A stretch of DNA of 64,000 bases from Burkholderiales bacterium (GTDB lineage: Bacteria; Pseudomonadota; Gammaproteobacteria; Burkholderiales; SG8-41): positions 11,924-75,923 of the forward strand of contig JAYTWR010000149.1 of the NCBI GenBank assembly GCA_043743335.1. Direction: 5' to 3'. The notes under the pieces are model-generated. The model made no database searches, was not told the DNA's origin, and worked only from the letters and a program-made list of their open reading frames with translations. A program made the translations under genes and the position numbers. Shown here piece after piece: positions 9,109 through 19,201 of the stretch. Each line of letters opens with the position of its first letter. Within the stretch, counting starts at the first letter, position 1.

Positions 9109-9855
9109 TTACGCCGTGCCAAATCCCCGCTGGCGTCGGGCCTCGTACAGGCAAATACCCGCAGACACCGACACGTTCAAGCTCTCCACCGCCCCCAGCA
9201 TGGGAATCCGCACCAGTTCATCGCAGCTCTCGCGCGTGAGGCGGCGCATGCCCTCGCCTTCCGCGCCCAGCACCAGCGCGCGCGCGCCGTCGAGCTTGGC
9301 AGCATGCAGCTCCACCGTGGCATGTTCATCCGTGCCGGTGATCCACACGTTCCGTTCCTTGAGCTCGCGCATGGTGCGCGCGAGGTTGGTCACCGCGATG
9401 TAGGGCACGGTTTCCGCTGCGCCGCTGGCGACTTTGGACACCGTGGCGTTAAGACCCACCGCGCGGTCTTTGGGCGCGATCACCGCATGCACGCCCATCG
9501 CGTCGGCCACGCGCAGGCACGCACCGAGGTTGTGCGGATCGGTGACGCCATCGAGTATCAGCAACAACGGTGGCTCGCTGAGCGTTTCCAGCACATCATC
9601 AATATGGGTGGCGAGTTTGCGTGGCGCGACGCTGGCCGCTACACCCTGGTGGCGCGCGTTGCCGGTCATGCCATCGAGTCGTTTGCCGTCAACGCTCATC
9701 ACTCGCACACCACGCGTTTGCGCCAGTTTGACGACATCCGCGCTGCGGCGGTCACCACGCGCGGCATCGACGAAAATTTCGCGCACTTGGTCTGGCGCAC
9801 TGCGCAGGCGGCTGGTGACGGCGTGAAAGCCGTGAATGACGTGAGATTCACTCAT
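9109..9855 (-). CDS. rlmB: 23S rRNA (guanosine-2'-O)-methyltransferase RlmB
   Basis: SpoU/TrmH motifs ([25 protein letters not shown]) and the conserved position downstream of rnr. Confidence 0.85.
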   Translation of the reverse strand: MSESHVIHGFHAVTSRLRSAPDQVREIFVDAARGDRRSADVVKLAQTRGVRVMSVDGKRLDGMTGNARHQGVAASVAPRKLATHIDDVLETLSEPPLLLILDGVTDPHNLGACLRVADAMGVHAVIAPKDRAVGLNATVSKVASGAAETVPYIAVTNLARTMRELKERNVWITGTDEHATVELHAAKLDGARALVLGAEGEGMRRLTRESCDELVRIPMLGAVESLNVSVSAGICLYEARRQRGFGTA

Positions 9856-9884
9856 AAAATACTCAATAAAATCAATTAGTTATG
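9856..9884 (+). repeat. AT-rich junction element, exact core AATCAATTAGTTA (9870-9882)
   Basis: AAAATACTCAATAAAATCAATTAGTTATG abuts the rlmB start codon (9853-9855) and fills most of the rnr-rlmB spacer. Confidence 0.85.
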
Positions 9885-9902
9885 TAATATCACCCATCAC
9901 AC

Positions 9903-12260
9903 TCACCCTTCATCCAGCACAAAGTCAATGCGCGCTGAATCCAAATTCGCCCGTGCCACTTTCACGCGCACGCGGTCGCCCAAACGAAAGCGTCGCTTGG
10001 TGCGCTCGCCCAATATTTGATGGCGGGCGGCGTCAAAGTGAAAGTAATCCTTGCCCAAATCCGACACGTGCACCAGCCCTTCGGCGTAAATGTCATCCAG
10101 CGCGACAAAAATGCCGAAGCCGGTGACGCCGCTGATGCTGCCGTTATAGCTCTCGCCCACTTTGTCCTGCATGTAATAGCACTTAAGCCAGTTGGTCACA
10201 TCGCGCGTGGCCTCGTCGGCGCGGCGTTCGGTCATGGAGCATTGCTCGCCGAGCGTAATCCAGTCGCCGGGTTCGTAGCGTTTTTTCTCCAGCACCGCTT
10301 TGATGGCGCGATGTACCAGCAAGTCGGGGTAACGGCGAATGGGTGATGTGAAGTGGGTGTAGGACTCGTATGCTAAGCCAAAATGTCCAGCGTTTTTCGG
10401 GGTATACACCGCCTGCTTTAGCGAGCGCAGCATGACCGTTTGCAGCAATTGCGCATCAGGCCGGTCGCGCACTTTGGTGAGCAGCGCGGCGTAATCCTTG
10501 GCATGCGGTTTGTCGCCGCCACTCAAGTCAAAGCCAAAGCCGCCGAGAAATTCACGCAGCGCAGCCAGTTTTTCCGGCGTGGGGCCTTCGTGCACACGAT
10601 AGAGCATAGGCTGACCGTGCTCCGCGAGAAAATCCGACGCGCACACGTTGGCCGCCAGCATGCACTCCTCGATCACGCGATGCGCGTCGTTACGCTTGAC
10701 CGGCACAATGCGCTCGATCTTGCGCTGATCGTTGAAAATGATTTCGGTCTCGGTGGTTTCGAAATCAATGGCACCGCGCTTTGCGCGCGCCTTCACCAGT
10801 TTGCCGAACAAGGTGTAGAGATTCTTCAATTGCGGCAACAGCTTTTGCTGCTCTGGCGTGCCGGCTTTGCTGTCGGCCAGCATCGCGGCAACCACGGTGT
10901 AAGTGAGCCGCGCATGCGAGCGCATCACCGCTTGATGAAAACTGTAATCGGTGATTTTGCCTTGCGCGCTGACGGTCATGTCGCAGGCCATGCACAAGCG
11001 ATCCACGTGGGGATTGATGGAGCACAAGCCGTTCGACAAATGTTCCGGCAGCATGGGAATCACCTGCCGCGGGAAATACACCGAGTTGCCGCGCTGCTGC
11101 GCTTCCACATCCAGCGCATCGCCGGGCTTCACATAAAAACTGACATCGGCAATCGCCACAATCAGCCGGAAGCCGCCTCTGCCGTGCGGCCCGCAATACA
11201 CCGCGTCGTCAAAATCACGTGCGGTTTCGCCATCGATGGTGACCAGCGGCAATTCGCGCAGATCCAGCCGACCTTTGCAGTCGCGCGCGCTGACTTCAGG
11301 TGAATACTTCGCAGCGAGCTTTTCCACGTCGGGCGGAAACTCGTGCGGTAACGAATGCTTGCGCAGCGCGATTTGGATTTCCATGCCGGGGTCGCCGTAG
11401 CTGCCGAGCACTTCAACCACGCGCGCCACCGGCTGGCTGTGGCGCTGTGGTTGTTCAATCAAATCAACCGTCACCACCTGCCCCGGTTTGGCATTGCCGG
11501 TCTGGCCCGGCGGCACCATGAATTCCTGACTGATGCGCTTGTCTTCGGCCACCACAAAATACACTCCGTGGCGGTTTTGCAGCCGGCCCACGTGGCGCGT
11601 TTTTGCGCGTTCTAGGATTTCCGCGATTTTGCCTTCGGGGCGTCCGCGCCTATCCATGCCGCTGATGCGCGCCATTACCCGATCGCCGTGCAGCACTTTG
11701 CGCATTTCGTCGGGGCCCAGAAACATGTCCGGCCCTTTGTCATCGCGCACCAAAAAGCCGAAGCCATCGGGGTGCCCTTGTACGCGACCGGCCACGAGAT
11801 TTAGTTTTTCGACGATGCAAATCGCGTCTCGCCGGTTGCGCATGATCTGGCCTTCGCGCTCCATTGCGCCCAGACGCCGCGTGAACTGTCGGATTTCGTC
11901 GGCTTGAATGCTGAGCAGTGCGCACAGTTCGTGCTCTGCCACCGGTACGCCCTGCTCTTTCAGCGTGGCGAGGATGAATTCGCGGCTGGGTAGCGGGTTT
12001 TCGTAGCGCAATACTTCCCGGTTATAGAACGGGTCGCGTTGATTGCGATCGGTGAGCGCGGAGTGCTCCGGCGGGCTGGTCACAAGGCGCGCCGTGCGGG
12101 CTGGGCGTGGTTCACGCGGATCACGCGGATCACGTGCCGCGCGTGAAATGCGCGCGGTGCGCGGCTTTTTGCCGGCGGCGACCGGCGCTTTGGTTTTAGC
12201 CGTGCGCGAGGTGCGCGCCGGATTGGTGCTGAGGGCGGATTTCTTTTTAGGTGTTTTCAT
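9903..12260 (-). CDS. rnr: ribonuclease R
   Basis: 785 aa with RNB domain motifs (TIDGETARDFDDAV, FTSPIRRYPDL), a C-terminal S1 domain and a basic N-terminal extension. Confidence 0.9.
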   Translation of the reverse strand: MKTPKKKSALSTNPARTSRTAKTKAPVAAGKKPRTARISRAARDPRDPREPRPARTARLVTSPPEHSALTDRNQRDPFYNREVLRYENPLPSREFILATLKEQGVPVAEHELCALLSIQADEIRQFTRRLGAMEREGQIMRNRRDAICIVEKLNLVAGRVQGHPDGFGFLVRDDKGPDMFLGPDEMRKVLHGDRVMARISGMDRRGRPEGKIAEILERAKTRHVGRLQNRHGVYFVVAEDKRISQEFMVPPGQTGNAKPGQVVTVDLIEQPQRHSQPVARVVEVLGSYGDPGMEIQIALRKHSLPHEFPPDVEKLAAKYSPEVSARDCKGRLDLRELPLVTIDGETARDFDDAVYCGPHGRGGFRLIVAIADVSFYVKPGDALDVEAQQRGNSVYFPRQVIPMLPEHLSNGLCSINPHVDRLCMACDMTVSAQGKITDYSFHQAVMRSHARLTYTVVAAMLADSKAGTPEQQKLLPQLKNLYTLFGKLVKARAKRGAIDFETTETEIIFNDQRKIERIVPVKRNDAHRVIEECMLAANVCASDFLAEHGQPMLYRVHEGPTPEKLAALREFLGGFGFDLSGGDKPHAKDYAALLTKVRDRPDAQLLQTVMLRSLKQAVYTPKNAGHFGLAYESYTHFTSPIRRYPDLLVHRAIKAVLEKKRYEPGDWITLGEQCSMTERRADEATRDVTNWLKCYYMQDKVGESYNGSISGVTGFGIFVALDDIYAEGLVHVSDLGKDYFHFDAARHQILGERTKRRFRLGDRVRVKVARANLDSARIDFVLDEG
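12112..12135. repeat. 9-bp tandem repeat x2.7 in the rnr 5' coding region
   Basis: TCACGCGGA TCACGCGGA TCACGT encodes PRDPRDPREP on the minus strand. Confidence 0.85.
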
Positions 12261-12318
12261 TTGATCAATTCAGTGCATTCGGATAAAATCGCCGCCTGCT
12301 TTTGCTAGAGCAATCTAT

Positions 12319-12403
12319 GCCCAGGTGGCGGAATTGGTAGACGCACCAGCTTCAGGTGCTGGCGGGTAATACCGTGGAGGTTCGAGTCCTCTTCTGGGCA
12401 CCA
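12319..12403 (+). tRNA. tRNA-Leu (anticodon CAG)
   Basis: GCCCAGGTGGCGGAATTGGTAGACGC..., anticodon loop TTCAGGT, long variable arm, GGTTCGAGTCC T-arm and encoded CCA. Confidence 0.9.
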
Positions 12404-12440
12404 GTAGAACTCAGGTAGTTGCAGTGCAGGGCTGACGAAT

Positions 12441-12470
12441 GCGAAACGATGCGAATCGTCTCGCATTTTT
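12441..12470 (+). terminator. rho-independent terminator after tRNA-Leu
   Basis: 10-bp stem GCGAAACGAT/ATCGTCTCGC (1 mismatch), GCGA loop, then ATTTTT. Confidence 0.6.
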
Positions 12471-12544
12471 CATTTACGGCGTTCATCGGTAGCGCAGATT
12501 TGCAGCAGCACAGTAACGCGTTGATGCCGGAAAATGGAAATGCC

Positions 12545-13887
<1,343 letters not shown>

Positions 13888-13892
<5 letters not shown>

Positions 13893-15048
13893 AAATATTC
13901 TTGGCCACGTTCCACACGCCATCCTGGAGTGCCAGCCGACGGTCGCAGCCGAGCTCGCTGCGCGTGTCCGCATGCCCAGGCAAGTCAACAATAACAATCT
14001 CGCCGCGCGCGCGCAATGCAGCAATGCGCTTTTGCAAGGCCGTGTCGCCCGGCTTGTAGGGTGCCAGCACGCCGGGCTTGGCACCGCCATTGGGGCGCGC
14101 CGAAGCCAGCTCGCGCAAATCCATACTAAAGCCGGTGGCTGCGCGGGCACGCCCAAAGGCTTTGCCGACTTCATCATAACGACCGCCGCGTGCCAGCGCG
14201 TTGCTCCAACCTTGGGCGTAGGCGGCGAACACCACGCCGCTGTGATAGTGATAGCCGCGCAGCTCCGCCAAATCAAAGCGGATTTTGGCAAGATCGCCCA
14301 CAGCATCCGACAGGCGCGTTAAATCGCGTAAGGCGTTGCGGATTTCAGGATAACCGGGCAAGCGCTTGGTGGCGGCAACCAGAGCCTCACGGCCCCCATA
14401 CAAATCCGGCAGCGCGGTCAGCGCATCGCGTGTGGTGCGATCCAATTTTTGCGTTAAGGCGCGCAAAGAAGGCACATCCTTCAGTTGCATGGCGTGAAAC
14501 AAATCGGATTCCAGCGCCGCGCCGATTTTCGCCCGGCGCACTACTGCACGGAATATTGCCACATGCCCCAAGTCGAGATGCGCTTCGGTGATGCCCGACG
14601 CGGCCATCGCCTGCATCATCAGGCGCTCTACCTCAATGTCACTTTCGACGCCACTGTGGCCGTAAATTTCTGCGCCGATTTGCAGCGGCTCGCGCGTGCG
14701 ATTGAGTTCCGACGGCAGCGTGTGCAGCACGCTACCGGCGTAACACAGGCGCGTGACGCCCTTGCGGTTGAGCAAATGTGCGTCGATGCGCGCCACCTGC
14801 GGCGTGATGTCGGCGCGCACGCCCAGCATACGCCCTGACAGTTGATCCACCAGCTTAAAGGTGCGTAAATCGAGATCATGGCCTGTGCCGGTGAGCAAGG
14901 AATCGACGTATTCCAGCAGCGGTGGCATCACCAGTTGATAGCCATGTACCGCGAACAGATCGAGTATCGTGCGGCGCAAGCGCTCAATGCGCGCCGCCTC
15001 TGCGGGCAAAATGTCTTCAACGTATTCGGGTAACAGCCAGGTACGCAT
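13888..15048 (-). CDS. hisZ: ATP phosphoribosyltransferase regulatory subunit
   Basis: HisS-like paralogue of 386 aa in the conserved position between hflC/DUF2065 and purA. Confidence 0.85.
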
Positions 15049-15056
15049 GGCGGCAA

Positions 15057-15248
15057 TCAGACCTTCACTAAAAATAGCAGCAGCAGCCCGATAATCATCG
15101 AGGTCAACCCAAAGAAGCGAATTTGTCCGTCGGTCAATTCGGTCAATCGGCGAAACGCATCACGCCAGATGCCGGGCGCCAAAAACGGCAGCATGCCCTC
15201 GATCACCAGCATCAAAGCCACTGCGGTGAGGAGCAGTTGTGTGTTCAT
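15057..15248 (-). CDS. DUF2065-like small membrane protein
   Basis: 63 aa with two TM helices in the conserved slot between hflC and hisZ. Confidence 0.6.
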   Translation of the reverse strand: MNTQLLLTAVALMLVIEGMLPFLAPGIWRDAFRRLTELTDGQIRFFGLTSMIIGLLLLFLVKV

Positions 15249-15299
15249 GAAAAAATTGACGGGCGATGGCGGCGTGCCAAGCGACGGGCTTGACGCCCG

Positions 15300-16187
15300 T
15301 TATTTGCCGGCCCGTCCGCCGGACTTGAAATACTTGAAGAAGTCAGAGTTCGGGTCTAACACCAGCACGTCCGATTTGCCCTTAAAGCTGGCCTTGTAAG
15401 CATCCAGGCTGCGATAGAAGGCGTAAAACTCCGGGCTTTGCTCGTAGGCCTTGGCGTAAATAGCCGCGGCCTTGGCGTCGCCCTCACCCTTAATTTTTTG
15501 TGCCTCGCGGTAGGCATCAGCCACGATAAACGCACGCGCTTTGTCGGCTTCGGCGCGAATTTTTTCGGATTCCGCCGCACCGGTGGAACGCAGCTCGTTG
15601 GCCACGCGGGTACGCTCGGCCACCATACGCTGGTAGACCGAATCGGTAACGCTTTCGGGCAAGTCAACCCGCTTCAGACGCACGTCAAGCACTTCGATGC
15701 CGATTTTGCTGGCGTCTTCGCTGGCTTTTTTGCGCATCAAATCCATGATCTTGTCGCGCTCGCCGGACACCACGTCGTGTACCGTGCGGCGGCCAAATTC
15801 GGCGCGCAATCCTTCGTTAATGGTTTGCAGCAGGCGCGTTGCCGCCTGCGACTCACCGCCGCCGCCGCCGACGATACTGACATAGTACTGGCGCACATCG
15901 GAAATACGCCACTTGATAAACAAATCAACTTGGACGTTTTTCTTCTCAGAGGTCAGAAAAAGCTGCGGCTCTGGTGTATCAATGGTCAGAATGCGCACGT
16001 CAAAATAGCGCACATTGTCGAGCAGCGGAATCTTGAAAAACAACCCCGGTTCTTTTTTGACGCTGATGACTTCGCCCAAGCGGAACACAATCGCGTTCTG
16101 GCGCTGATCGACAATAAACATCGAGGTAAAGGCGGCGATGGCCACGCCGATTACCCCGTACAACAAGACAGTAATGGGTTTGTTCAT
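15300..16187 (-). CDS. hflC: protease modulator HflC
   Basis: SPFH/band-7 protein of 295 aa with an N-terminal TM helix; overlaps the hflK stop by 4 nt. Confidence 0.9.
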   Translation of the reverse strand: MNKPITVLLYGVIGVAIAAFTSMFIVDQRQNAIVFRLGEVISVKKEPGLFFKIPLLDNVRYFDVRILTIDTPEPQLFLTSEKKNVQVDLFIKWRISDVRQYYVSIVGGGGGESQAATRLLQTINEGLRAEFGRRTVHDVVSGERDKIMDLMRKKASEDASKIGIEVLDVRLKRVDLPESVTDSVYQRMVAERTRVANELRSTGAAESEKIRAEADKARAFIVADAYREAQKIKGEGDAKAAAIYAKAYEQSPEFYAFYRSLDAYKASFKGKSDVLVLDPNSDFFKYFKSGGRAGK

Positions 16188-17452
16188 GGGCGCTGCTCCC
16201 GTTCACGCGAGCGGAAAGCATCACGGCTGCGCGTCGCGGTGCTGTCGGCGGCAGGCGCTTGTTGCGCGGCCGGCGCGGCGGCGGTACCTGCTGCAGGGGC
16301 CGAAGTGGCTGCGCCCATTTGCATAAGCCGGTCGAGCGGTAAGCTCAATAAATTGTTACCCCCCTTTTCCACCACGATTTTGGTGGTATTGCTCATGATC
16401 TGCTCCATGGCGTCGAGATACAGACGGTCACGCGTGACCTGCGGCGCGCGTTTGTATTCAGCGACAATCAGGTTAAAGCGCTCCGCGTCACCGGTGGCTT
16501 CCTGCACCACGCGTTGGCGATGGCCCTCTGCCTCTTGCTGCATGCGCGACACCAAGCCTTTGGCCTTGGGCAGAATATCATTGGCGTAGGCTTGGCCTTC
16601 GTTTTTTTGCCGCTCGCGATCCTGCCCCGCTTTGACCGCATCATCAAACGCCGCTTGCACTTTCTCTGGCGGTTGAGCGTTTTGCATGTTGAGTTTCTGG
16701 ATTTGGATGCCGGTTTTGTAACGATCCAGAATGATCTGCATCAGCTTGTGTACTTTGTCCTGCACGTCGGCGCGGCCCTGCTGCACCACGTAGTCCATGG
16801 TGCTTTTACCCACCACTTCGCGAATGGCGGTTTCTGCTGCTTGCAACACCGAGTCATCCGGCGAGCGGTTTTCAAACAAGTAATCTTTGGGGCTTTTCAG
16901 CACATATTGCACGGCAAACTGCACATCGACGATGTTCTCGTCGTCGGTCAGCATCAACGATTCTTTCAGCACTTTGCTTTTGACGTTGTTGCGGTAACCC
17001 ACTTCGACGCTGCGCACTTGAGAAACATTCACCACTTGCCGCGATTCCACCGGATACGGCATATGCCAGCGCAAGCCCGGCCCGGTAATCTCAGAATATT
17101 TGCCCAAACGCAGTACCACGCCATTCTGACCTTCGTTGACGATGTAAAAGCCGCTGGCGATCCAGATGCCCAAGACCAACGCCGCCAGCACAATCGCACC
17201 GCCGCCCAGTTGCCGCGGCCCGATGGGCGTGGGTGCTTCGCCGCCGGAACGACCGTTGCCGCCGCCCTTACCAAACAGGCCGCCGAATTTCTTCTGGAAA
17301 TTGCGCCAAACTTCTTCGAGGTCAGGGGGGCCCTGATTGCCGCCACTGGGCTTTTTGCCCCATTGCGGATCGTTGAGCGACATCACCGCATGGAGCACGC
17401 GGGCCACGCCGTGGCGCATCGTTACATTAAGGGATTGCACGAAACCTGCCAT
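16184..17452 (-). CDS. hflK: protease modulator HflK (true start possibly 17383, MSLNDPQWG)
   Basis: NDPQWG...PPDLEEVWR N-terminus, SPFH domain and Ala-rich C-terminal tail. Confidence 0.9.
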   Translation of the reverse strand: MAGFVQSLNVTMRHGVARVLHAVMSLNDPQWGKKPSGGNQGPPDLEEVWRNFQKKFGGLFGKGGGNGRSGGEAPTPIGPRQLGGGAIVLAALVLGIWIASGFYIVNEGQNGVVLRLGKYSEITGPGLRWHMPYPVESRQVVNVSQVRSVEVGYRNNVKSKVLKESLMLTDDENIVDVQFAVQYVLKSPKDYLFENRSPDDSVLQAAETAIREVVGKSTMDYVVQQGRADVQDKVHKLMQIILDRYKTGIQIQKLNMQNAQPPEKVQAAFDDAVKAGQDRERQKNEGQAYANDILPKAKGLVSRMQQEAEGHRQRVVQEATGDAERFNLIVAEYKRAPQVTRDRLYLDAMEQIMSNTTKIVVEKGGNNLLSLPLDRLMQMGAATSAPAAGTAAAPAAQQAPAADSTATRSRDAFRSREREQRP

Positions 17453-17486
17453 GGAAAGTGGTTACTGGATTGACGCGGTGGGGGAT

Positions 17487-17523
17487 GACTTAACGGGATT
17501 CAACAAGACTCAACGGGACTCAA
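17487..17523. repeat. about 20-bp imperfect tandem duplication in the hflX-hflK spacer
   Basis: GACTTAACGGGATTCAA...GACTCAACGGGACTCAA. It shares the word TTAACGGGAT with the rpmF leader array. Confidence 0.6.
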
Positions 17524-17559
17524 AGCACTAGATGGCTACGACGGCGATGGTTTTCAAGG

Positions 17560-18702
17560 TCAGGCTGCGGCCACGCGGTGGCTATCCACCGTATCGGCCG
17601 CCGTAGCCGAAAATGCGGCCTCGGCGATCTGCCCCAGCGCATTCCTCAATAAATCAAGGCCTTGGCCCTTTTCTGCGCTGATCCAAACGCGCGCAATCTT
17701 ACCATATTCGTCCGTTTCAACCCGTGCCAGCAGCGCCGTCAAATCGATTTTGTTGTAGACCAGCACCTGCGGAATGGCATCAGCGCCGATTTCCTTTAAA
17801 ACGAGGTTCACCGCCTCGATTTGAGCGTCGCGATCAGCGCTGCTGGCATCCACCACGTGTAGCAGCACGTCCGCATGCACCGTTTCTTCCAGCGTCGCGC
17901 GGAATGCCGCCACCAGCATGTGCGGCAACCGCCGAATAAAGCCTACGGTGTCAGACAGCACCACGCCCGCAGATGCACCGGTGTGTACCTTACGCGTGGT
18001 GGTATCCAGCGTGGCAAATAGCTGATTGGCGGCGTAGACGTCGGCGCGTGTCAGGGTATTAAACAAGGTGGATTTACCCGCGTTGGTGTAGCCCACCAGC
18101 GACACTGACAAGACATGCGCCCGATTACGCGAGCGCCGCTGTACCGCGCGCTGCGCTTCCACTTTGGCCAGTTTTTCTTTGAGTACTTTGACCCGTTTGG
18201 CCAGCAGCCGCCGGTCGGTTTCAAGCTGGGTTTCGCCGGGGCCGCGCATGCCAATGCCGCCCTTTTGCCGCTCCAGGTGAGTCCAGCCACGCACCAAGCG
18301 GGTGGCCAGATGGTCAAGCTGGGCGAGCTCTACTTGCAGCTTGCCTTCAAAGCTGCGCGCGCGCTGGGCAAAAATATCGAGTATCAAGCTGGTGCGGTCG
18401 ATGACCCGGCAGTTCAGGCGCTTTTCCAGATTTCTCTCTTGCACCGGGGATAACTCATGATTAAAAACAACGAGTTGCGAGTTTGTTGCCGCCACGGCCT
18501 CGGCGATTTGATCAACCTTGCCTTTGCCGGCATAAAGCGCCGGATCGGGGCGGTCACGCTTGCCGTGGATGATGTCTTTGGTTTTGACCCCCGCGCTCGA
18601 CACCAGAAGCTGAATTTCGGCAAGGCTTTCGGCGAAATCGTCGTCGCCGAAATCGAGCGCTACCACCACCGCGTCCGTGCTGCTGCTAGGACGATCAAAC
18701 AT
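17560..18702 (-). CDS. hflX: GTPase HflX
   Basis: GYTNAGKSTLFN G1 motif, DTVGF, NKID; located downstream of hfq. Confidence 0.9.
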   Translation of the reverse strand: MFDRPSSSTDAVVVALDFGDDDFAESLAEIQLLVSSAGVKTKDIIHGKRDRPDPALYAGKGKVDQIAEAVAATNSQLVVFNHELSPVQERNLEKRLNCRVIDRTSLILDIFAQRARSFEGKLQVELAQLDHLATRLVRGWTHLERQKGGIGMRGPGETQLETDRRLLAKRVKVLKEKLAKVEAQRAVQRRSRNRAHVLSVSLVGYTNAGKSTLFNTLTRADVYAANQLFATLDTTTRKVHTGASAGVVLSDTVGFIRRLPHMLVAAFRATLEETVHADVLLHVVDASSADRDAQIEAVNLVLKEIGADAIPQVLVYNKIDLTALLARVETDEYGKIARVWISAEKGQGLDLLRNALGQIAEAAFSATAADTVDSHRVAAA

Positions 18703-18767
18703 CCGCAGCCCTACGTGGTTTCAGGTTCTGCAGGGGGAAAACCTGCGCCAAACGGTGCTTCAAATGG

Positions 18768-19004
18768 CTATTCGCCGGTGTCGTCAGAGGGAATAGACAC
18801 CGCACGCGCAGGCACCACTGTGGAAATGGCGTGTTTGTAGACCATTTGGGTGACGGTGTTTTTGAGCAGCACCACATACTGGTCGAACGATTCAACTTGG
18901 CCTTGCAGCTTGATGCCGTTTACCAAGTAAATCGACACGGGGATATGTTCCTTGCGCAGCACATTGAGGAACGGGTCTTGTAACAACTGCCCTTTATTGC
19001 TCAT
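18768..19004 (-). CDS. hfq: RNA chaperone Hfq
   Basis: [47 protein letters not shown]. Confidence 0.97.
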   Translation of the reverse strand: MSNKGQLLQDPFLNVLRKEHIPVSIYLVNGIKLQGQVESFDQYVVLLKNTVTQMVYKHAISTVVPARAVSIPSDDTGE

Positions 19005-19201
19005 GATGACCTCGCATTTTCTAATTATTCCTCGCTACTCTACCGTAGAAAACCATTTTGCGCCATAGGGTTACGAATGACATGCCCAGTACGGAAAACC
19101 ACGGGGTGAGCCGCGAACGGAGCAAGAAAGTCGTCACGGATGCAGTATCATTGAACGTGTTCACATTGTTAATGCCGTAGGTCAGTACGGCCCAGCCTAA
19201 C

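Noticed and set aside
8942-9239. ORFs of 70-90 aa across the 9-bp minisatellite (REQREQ... and CSRCSRC...)
   Set aside because: These are pure translations of the tandem repeat on both strands, and one overlaps the rlmB 3' end. There is no SD or other coding signal.
19152-19163. Palindrome TGAACGTGTTCA between hfq and the divergent sensor gene as an operator
   Set aside because: It has only 5-bp arms and a single occurrence. This is not enough evidence to call a regulatory site, although it could be tested.
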